In this document: in pieces, positions 55,090 to 61,209 of the stretch
How positions within the stretch are numbered: the stretch's first letter is position 1
Layout: every line of letters begins with the position of its first letter
NCBI GenBank assembly: GCA_965204155.1
Contig: OZ241971.1
Location: 2,304,100 to 2,368,099, forward strand
Origin: Candidatus Rariloculaceae bacterium
GTDB lineage: Bacteria > Pseudomonadota > Gammaproteobacteria > Steroidobacterales > Rariloculaceae
Direction: 5' to 3'
DNA length: 64,000 bases
The notes under the pieces: model-generated
The model's database searches: none
Seen by the model: only the letters and a program-made list of their open reading frames with translations
Told to the model about the DNA's origin: nothing
Translations under genes and position numbers: made by a program

Positions 55090-55124
55090 GCCGGCGGTCC
55101 GAGCAATCGGGCCGCCGGTTTTGC
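55090..55124 (+). terminator. Intrinsic terminator hairpin plus TTTT, copy 5 of 5; target site of the group II intron
   Basis: gccggcggtcc-gagcaatc-gggccgccgg-ttttgca, immediately followed by GTGCG at 55128. Confidence 0.65.
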
Positions 55125-55127
55125 ATG

Positions 55128-57058
55128 GTGCGCCAGGCATGGCGCGTAGCGCCGTGACTGGCGCTGTTCCAGTACACGTGGTGGTGGCTGGATGACTTGG
55201 TGGTGAAAGTCCACTGCTGACCCGGCAAGGGGAACAGCTAGCCGAGGACAAGGGTGTCCACCGCGAGGTGGAATCCGAAGGCAGTCTGCGGGCGCGGCAG
55301 CGCTCACGGCAAAACACTGACCCGACGAACAGGAATCGCATATGAGGCAGTCACGCCGGATGAGAAGGCCATGTTCTTCAAAGTCCGATACTTGCACGGA
55401 AGGTGTGGTTGTAGATGCGGCGGGTATAAGTGGGAAGGTCGCGCGTCTTACCCTGGGAGGTCTGTCGATCGGCTGCGTGGAGCAGCGACCGGTTCCGAGA
55501 GGGGCGGGTTCGGATCGGCAGAAGTCAGCCGACGCCGTAGTAGGTGGCTTACCGGTCGCTGAAGGGCTGAACATGGCATACCGCGAGTAGGCGGTGCGTT
55601 GGATCGAAGTGCGATGACGGCAGAAGCGGAGAGACCGGTGACGGATGTTGAAGGTCGGGCGGAACCCGGCCGGGGCATCGGTTGCGCCGAGCATTTTGAG
55701 ACGGACGCGTCGAGGGCGAAAGCGGAGCCGGCGCTGATGGAGGCCGTCGTTGAGCGGTCGAACATGCAGCGCGCCTATCAACGGGTCGTTCGCAACAAGG
55801 GCGCGGCCGGGGTCGATGGCCTCGGGGTGTCGGAGTTGGGCGATCTGTTGAGGCAACACTGGCCGACGATCAAGGCCAAATTGCTGGCGGGCAGCTACTG
55901 TCCCCAGCCGGTACGTCAGGTGAGCATTCCCAAGCCCAACGGCGGGGAGCGCAAGCTGGGCATACCGACGGTGCTGGACCGGCTCATACAGCAGGCCCTG
56001 CATCAGGTGCTGAGTCCGATCTTCGAACCGACGTTCTCCGAGCACAGTTACGGCTTCCGGCCGGGGCGCAACGCCCACCAAGCGGTACGGGCAGCGCAGC
56101 GACAGGTGCTTGGGGGTCACGGCTGGGTGGTGGATCTGGATCTGGAGAGCTTCTTCGACCGGGTGAACCACGATCTGCTGATGCGACGCGTCGGCGAGAA
56201 GGTCGAGGACCGCCGGGTGCTGAAGCTGATCCGCCGGTACCTGAAGGCGGGGTTGATGATGGACGGGGTTCAAAGCCCACGGCGGGAGGGCACGCCGCAA
56301 GGCGGACCGCTCTCGCCGCTGCTGTCCAACATCCTGCTGACGGGTCTGGACCGCGAGCTGGAAGGACGCGGGCACCGGTTCGTCCGCTATGCCGACGATG
56401 TGGTGATCCACGTCCGGAGCAAGCGGGCGGGCCAGCGTGTGCTTGACAGTATCACGCGGTACGTTAAGACGGCGCTGAAGCTGCGGGTGAGCGAGACCAA
56501 GAGTGCGGTGGCGCGACCGTCGCAACGCACGTTCCTCGGATACCGGATCGATCATCGGGGTGTGTTGTGCATCTCGGTGAAAAGCCGGGTCCGGTTGATC
56601 GGCAAGCTGCGGCAGTTGCTGCGCCGCGCCCGCGGTCGGTCCCTGAGCCATACCATTGAGGTGCTCAATCCGGTGCTGCGCGGGTGGGCGGCTTACTTCA
56701 AGCTGGCCCACTCCAAGACGGCACTGCAGTTCATCGATGGCTGGGTTCGCCGCAAGCTGCGGTGCATCCTGTGGCGGCAGTGGAAACGGCCGTATACGCG
56801 CCAGCGCTACCTGCAGCGCCTTGGGTTACCGGAGCAGCAGGCTTGGAAATCGGCGGTTAACGGGCGGGGGCCTTGGTGGAATGCCGGGGCCTCGCACATG
56901 AACCGAGCGCTGCCGAAAGTTCGCTTTGATCGATGGGGGCTGGTGTCGGTACTGGACACGGTACTGCGGCTCCAGCGTGTTCCATGAACCGCCGTATACG
57001 GACCCGTACGTACGGTGGTGTGGGAGGACGGCTGGGGTGACCCAGCCTCCTACCCGAT
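55128..57058 (+). mobile_element. Group II intron (bacterial class C-like), about 1.93 kb, full length
   Basis: 5-prime GTGCG at 55128. Internal RT/maturase ORF. Domain V-like hairpin ccgccgtat-acggacccgt-ac-gtacggtgg (56990-57019) with a CGC triad. Domain VI-like gggagg..ggctgggg-tga-cccagcc-tcct-A-ccc with a bulged A at 57052. Ends ..gAT at 57058. Confidence 0.75.
55614..56987 (+). CDS. Group II intron-encoded reverse transcriptase/maturase (no endonuclease domain)
   Basis: RT motifs (RQVSIPKPNGGERKLGIPTVLDRLIQQAL, GTPQGGPLSPLLSNILL, RYADDVVIH) and X/maturase domain (LNPVLRGWAAYFKLA). No HNH/En domain at the C-terminus. The ORF track begins at TTG 55599. Confidence 0.9.
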   Translation: MTAEAERPVTDVEGRAEPGRGIGCAEHFETDASRAKAEPALMEAVVERSNMQRAYQRVVRNKGAAGVDGLGVSELGDLLRQHWPTIKAKLLAGSYCPQPVRQVSIPKPNGGERKLGIPTVLDRLIQQALHQVLSPIFEPTFSEHSYGFRPGRNAHQAVRAAQRQVLGGHGWVVDLDLESFFDRVNHDLLMRRVGEKVEDRRVLKLIRRYLKAGLMMDGVQSPRREGTPQGGPLSPLLSNILLTGLDRELEGRGHRFVRYADDVVIHVRSKRAGQRVLDSITRYVKTALKLRVSETKSAVARPSQRTFLGYRIDHRGVLCISVKSRVRLIGKLRQLLRRARGRSLSHTIEVLNPVLRGWAAYFKLAHSKTALQFIDGWVRRKLRCILWRQWKRPYTRQRYLQRLGLPEQQAWKSAVNGRGPWWNAGASHMNRALPKVRFDRWGLVSVLDTVLRLQRVP

Positions 57059-57156
57059 CGCCAATGTTGAGTTTCCGGGCGCAAACGATAGAATTGGACC
57101 ATGACGTGCACGGTGGATTCGGTCACGATGGACGCTTTCATTTCGGGAGAATACAA

Positions 57157-57480
57157 ATGAAAGAGTGGAAGCAGCCCGTGGCGATCCTCACCGTGATGAC
57201 GACGCTGTTCATCGGGCAAGCCACCTTGACGCGCATGGAGTTTTCCGGCCTCCGCGCGGACATGAACGCCGTGCACGATGACCTGCGCGATGAAATCCGG
57301 GCCGTGCGCGACAATCAGGTGGAAATGCAGGGGACCATCGGGGAAATGCAGCGGACCATCGGGGAAATGCAGCGGACCATCGGGGAAATGCAGCGGACCA
57401 TCGGGGAGATACAGCGCAGCCTGGGCCGGATTGAAGGCTACTTGTTCGGCCTGGATGCGGAACCGGCGGATAGCGCCTGA
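57157..57480 (+). CDS. Small single-pass membrane coiled-coil protein with perfect heptad tandem repeats and C-terminal RIEGYLFG
   Basis: GGGAGA Shine-Dalgarno before ATG 57157. MKEWKQ-TM (VAILTVMTTLFIG)-LRADMNAV...(GEMQRTI)x4...LGRIEGYLFG. Paralog of 17807-18298. Confidence 0.65.
   Translation: MKEWKQPVAILTVMTTLFIGQATLTRMEFSGLRADMNAVHDDLRDEIRAVRDNQVEMQGTIGEMQRTIGEMQRTIGEMQRTIGEIQRSLGRIEGYLFGLDAEPADSA
57319..57423 (+). repeat. 21-nt tandem repeat: three perfect units (ggggaaatgcagcggaccatc) flanked by two degenerate units
   Basis: Perfect units at 57340-57360, 57361-57381 and 57382-57402. Confidence 0.9.
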
Positions 57481-57550
57481 CGCGGGGCCGATCCGGTCAG
57501 TCCGGAAGGAAGACCATCGGGTCCACCGGTGTGCCGTTCCGGCGCGATCG

Positions 57551-60500
57551 CTAGTCCGGCCCACCCATGAGGGCCGGTAGCGCTGTGCGCAGCACCGCCA
57601 CGCCCTGAGCGTCCAGGATCGCCACTTCGCGGGCCGGCCGGGGGGGGTTCGGCACCCGCGCCGCCCAACCGGCCTCGGGGCCGTCGCTCAGTGCATCCGC
57701 GGACAACGGCTCCCGGTAGAGTTCGCCGCCGTCCGCGTCGTACAGGACCAGCGTGTAGGCGCCGTCCGGGAAAGGCGCGCGCGGCCCCTTCTCCGTTTCC
57801 TGCGCATGAGTGAGGCTCCATTGGCCGGCGGCGTCGATCCGGCCGGACAGCGCCACGCCGCCGGGGCTCTCCGGTTCCGCCAGGGTCTGGCCCGGGGCCG
57901 GGGCGGGCCCATTTGCCGAACCGGCGGACCCGTCCGCAGCCGCGGCGCCGGCCCTGAATCCGCTGTCGGCAACAACCGGGGTCAGCACCGAGGCGGGGCG
58001 CTGTTGCGGACCGTCCGATTGCCAGAATTCCAGCACCTCCCGATAGTGGTAGTCCGACACGAACTGCAGGGAGCCGCAGTACGACATGACGTCCGCGTAC
58101 TCTTCGTCGTCGTCGGTGACCAGGCGCCGCCAGTTGGCGTCCCAGCCCGGAAGCGGCCCAAGCCCCCCGTCCGGGTAGGGGTAGCGCCGGTTCGGGTAGG
58201 CCACGCCGCATCCGGGCGGATGGCGCAAGTCCTGGTTGTGCCCGAACTCGTGGGGAATCGTGTTGAACTCGGTGAATTCGCTCACTGCCACCCGGCCAGG
58301 CCGGTAGGCGACGCCGCGCCCCCCGGTCCACGGTTCGGCGAAAACGCCGTAGTAGAACTCGTCCGGGTCGGCCTCGGCGTTCCACAGCGCCCGCACCTCG
58401 TTCAGCAGTTGGAACTGATTCGCCGCCTCCGATTCGAGCGGCGCGGCGAGCGTCGCCTCGAAGTCGCCGGCGATGGGCCAGAGCGCGTCGATGCCCCTCA
58501 TCAGCAGGCCGGCATCCAGCGCCGGCGGTTCCTGGCCCGGGAAATACACGGGAACGAAAGTCATGCGCAGGTGCGGTACGGCCACGCCGTACAGGGGAAT
58601 GGGCTCGCCGGCGTTGTCCGCCTCGTCGGTCTCGCGCATGTCGTTGTCCGGATCGATGACATGCACGATGCGATTGCCTGCCTGAAACAGGGAACCCGGC
58701 AGGTCGAACACGTACTCCGTTCGCCACTGCCCGGGCGCAGTGGCCACGGTGACGGGGGGCGCGGCCTCGGCCAGGCGCGCCGCCAGCACTTCGCCGCCAC
58801 TGTCGAGTACGCGGGTCACGACCGGGGGCGGGGCGGCCACCTCGTGGACGATCCGCACCGCCAGCGCAGCCCAGCGGCCCAGCACCGGCTGCTGAACCTC
58901 CACCGCCACGTCCTGCCAGTCCCACTCCCACACCAGCGGTCCCTGATACCAGGCGACCGAGTGATGGGCGGCATTGCCGTTGTCGGCGGGATCGTTCGAC
59001 CAGGTCTGGGGCGGGCGCGGCGGAGGCGCCCCGAGTCCCGTGACCTCATTGCCGTCGTAGAGCACAGCGAAACCGTCCTGCACGGCGCGGTCCCGGAAGG
59101 CCCAGGGCACGGTTCCCGTCAACTGATTGTTGCTCACGTTCAGTTCCCGCAGATCGGCCAGGCTCCCAAGCTCCGCGGGAATCGCGCCGGAGAAACGGTT
59201 GAACGACAGGTCGAGGCTCGTCAGGCGGGCCAGTTGCCCCAGCTCGGCGGGGATGGCGCCGGTGAGGCGATTGTAGGAGAGGTTCAGCGACGTCAATTCG
59301 GTCAACCGGGCCAGTTCCGCCGGAATGGCGCCGCTCAAACTGCCGGGCTCGGTCCGGCTGCCGGCCAGGTCGATGCCGACGACGCGCCCGCCGGCGACTT
59401 CGATTCCTTCCCAGGCATCCAGCATGGCCTGATCTGCGCTACCCCACCGGCGCATCGCATGGTCCTCCGGCAACCCGCCGTCCCGCGCCCAGGTGTTGGC
59501 GATTCCGACCAGCACGCGGCAGTCGCCCACCATCCCCGGACGATTGCCGGGATCGTCGACGTAGCGGCCGTCCGTGCAGCCGCGCAGCGACAGCAGGTCG
59601 CTGGGCAGACCTTCCACGCAGCGGTCGCTGACGCCGTCGCCGTCGGCATCGCCGGCCGCGTCGAAGCAGGCTTCCGGAAAGTGCGCCAGGCTGCGGGACA
59701 TGGAAACGCCGCTCAGGTAGCCGTCGGCGCTCTCCACCAGGTTCATCGCGCGGATGTCCACGTCCGACCGAAGGGCAAACCGCCAGCTACCGCTTCCCTG
59801 GCCGAGGCTTCCGTTCAATCCTTCGGCGCCTTCCTCCAGGGCTGCCGCGTCGAGGGACCGCGACTCGCCGGCCGGCAGCGTGAGCCCAACCGCACCGCCC
59901 GGGGCCGGGGCGCCCTCGTCGTCCCACCCCACGATGGCGATTCCCGCGGCCTCGTCCGAGGGATTGACCAGCCGCAGGCGGCCCCGGGACTGCGTCTCGC
60001 CCGCCGGGTTGAACCAGGGCGCGTAGTGCCGCTGGCCGACCCGCGCCGCCCCGTCGTGAACCGAAGTGGTAAAACCGTCCGGCGTGGTCACATGGACCTG
60101 TACGTGGAGTTGCAGTTCGCTCTCCAGCAGGAGCCGCCAGTCGCCTGCGCCGTCGCCGAGGCCGGCGGGCAGGCCACTGGCCGGGTCGCCGTTCTCCAGG
60201 TCGTTGGAGTCGATGCTCACGGTACGTCCGGCCTCGATATCCAGTGTTACGGGACCGTGGCGCTGCCCGGCGTCGTCGAAGGCGTGGATCCGAACCGATC
60301 CCTCGTCGGAACGGTTCGCGATGCGCAGCACCCCCAGCCGCTGCGGGTCGCCGGCCGGCGGGAACAACGGGACATCCCCATCTGCCGCCCCCGCGGAAGA
60401 CAGGTTCGCCAGGGGACCGGCGGGATTGTCCAGCAGCGTCATGACCTCGATCTCGCCTTGGGCGAACACCAGCAGCCGCCAGTCGCCGTTGCCGTGACCG

Positions 60501-61168
60501 AGCCGACCGCGCAGGAGGCCGGGCTTGCCCTGCTCCAGTTCCAGCGCGTCGACCGTGCGCGCCCCGCCGCCGGGCAGCGTCGTCGAGAGCTGTCCCGGCG
60601 CGAGCCGCCCGGCATCGTCGATGCCGAACAGGACCACCTCGGCGCTTACGTCCGAACCGTTGACGAGCCGCAGTTGCCCGCCGCGCGCGAATGCGGCGCT
60701 CGGCGCGAGCAGCGGAACGATGTGGTAGAACGAACGGCGCGGCACGGTGGCGTCGAGTTCGCCGATGAAGCCCGAGGGCGTGAGCACCCGAACCAGCGGC
60801 TCGATGTCGAGGTCCGTCTCCACGACGAGCCGCCAGTCTCCCTGGCCGCCGCCGATGCCCGTGGCGATCCCCTTCTCCGCGTTGCCCCGCTCCAGGTCCA
60901 TGGAACTGAATTCGATCGCCTGCCCGGCATCCACGAACAGGGTGACCGGCCCGAACGCGGCGCCTGAGTCGTCAATGGCGGTGACGGCCACGTCGCCCGC
61001 CTCGCCGGAATGATTGAGGATGCGCACCACGCCCTGGCGCGGCGCGTCGGATGCCGGCGGCAGCAGCGGTAGATGGTGGGTGGCCGCCGACGCGGCGGAG
61101 CATATGGCGACAAGCATGATCGCCAGGACCGGCGGATACGGGTTCAAGGGTTTACGCCGGGCGGTCAT
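57551..61168 (-). CDS. Secreted multidomain metzincin paralog: 4x unassigned ~115-aa domain - acidic Cys/Asp segment - plant-type LRRs - CARDB-like - HExxHxxxxxH zinc protease - C-terminal beta domain
   Basis: Signal peptide VLAIMLVAICSAASA. LRRs LTELTSLNLSYNRLTGAIPAELGQLARLTSLDLSFNRFSGAIPAELGSLADLRELNVSNNQLTG. RETDEADN motif. IPHEFGHNQDLRH at nt 58220-58252 (complement). Met-turn DVMSY. The C-terminal ~480 aa are colinear with CDS 7305-11606. Confidence 0.85.
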   Translation of the reverse strand: MTARRKPLNPYPPVLAIMLVAICSAASAATHHLPLLPPASDAPRQGVVRILNHSGEAGDVAVTAIDDSGAAFGPVTLFVDAGQAIEFSSMDLERGNAEKGIATGIGGGQGDWRLVVETDLDIEPLVRVLTPSGFIGELDATVPRRSFYHIVPLLAPSAAFARGGQLRLVNGSDVSAEVVLFGIDDAGRLAPGQLSTTLPGGGARTVDALELEQGKPGLLRGRLGHGNGDWRLLVFAQGEIEVMTLLDNPAGPLANLSSAGAADGDVPLFPPAGDPQRLGVLRIANRSDEGSVRIHAFDDAGQRHGPVTLDIEAGRTVSIDSNDLENGDPASGLPAGLGDGAGDWRLLLESELQLHVQVHVTTPDGFTTSVHDGAARVGQRHYAPWFNPAGETQSRGRLRLVNPSDEAAGIAIVGWDDEGAPAPGGAVGLTLPAGESRSLDAAALEEGAEGLNGSLGQGSGSWRFALRSDVDIRAMNLVESADGYLSGVSMSRSLAHFPEACFDAAGDADGDGVSDRCVEGLPSDLLSLRGCTDGRYVDDPGNRPGMVGDCRVLVGIANTWARDGGLPEDHAMRRWGSADQAMLDAWEGIEVAGGRVVGIDLAGSRTEPGSLSGAIPAELARLTELTSLNLSYNRLTGAIPAELGQLARLTSLDLSFNRFSGAIPAELGSLADLRELNVSNNQLTGTVPWAFRDRAVQDGFAVLYDGNEVTGLGAPPPRPPQTWSNDPADNGNAAHHSVAWYQGPLVWEWDWQDVAVEVQQPVLGRWAALAVRIVHEVAAPPPVVTRVLDSGGEVLAARLAEAAPPVTVATAPGQWRTEYVFDLPGSLFQAGNRIVHVIDPDNDMRETDEADNAGEPIPLYGVAVPHLRMTFVPVYFPGQEPPALDAGLLMRGIDALWPIAGDFEATLAAPLESEAANQFQLLNEVRALWNAEADPDEFYYGVFAEPWTGGRGVAYRPGRVAVSEFTEFNTIPHEFGHNQDLRHPPGCGVAYPNRRYPYPDGGLGPLPGWDANWRRLVTDDDEEYADVMSYCGSLQFVSDYHYREVLEFWQSDGPQQRPASVLTPVVADSGFRAGAAAADGSAGSANGPAPAPGQTLAEPESPGGVALSGRIDAAGQWSLTHAQETEKGPRAPFPDGAYTLVLYDADGGELYREPLSADALSDGPEAGWAARVPNPPRPAREVAILDAQGVAVLRTALPALMGGPD

Positions 61169-61209
61169 TCTGTCAGGTCCTCCAACGGGTTCGCCAGCAT
61201 GCCGTTGAG

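Noticed and set aside
55599-56987. The reverse transcriptase as part of a retron, DGR or Abi-type defence system, with the TAA repeats as a possible DGR variable region.
   Set aside because: The RT has the group II maturase X domain (RGWAAYFKLA) and RYADDVVIH. It is flanked by GTGCG and by domain V/VI-like structures. No template/variable repeat pair or msr/msd-like inverted repeats were seen.
853-60967. Many very long ORFs antisense to, or frame-shifted from, the called genes. Examples: 853-2019(-), 1904-3301(-), 4346-6250(-), 11762-13723(-), 12052-14295(+), 26973-30236(+), 27379-30072(-), 30722-34213(-), 33829-35574(+), 49365-51179(-), 49814-51685(+), 55053-56711(-), 57438-58931(-), 57806-60967(+).
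   Set aside because: Their translations are Arg/Gly/Pro/Ala-rich low-complexity strings with no motifs, as expected for shadow frames in GC-rich DNA. In every case the partner frame encodes a protein with clear family signatures.
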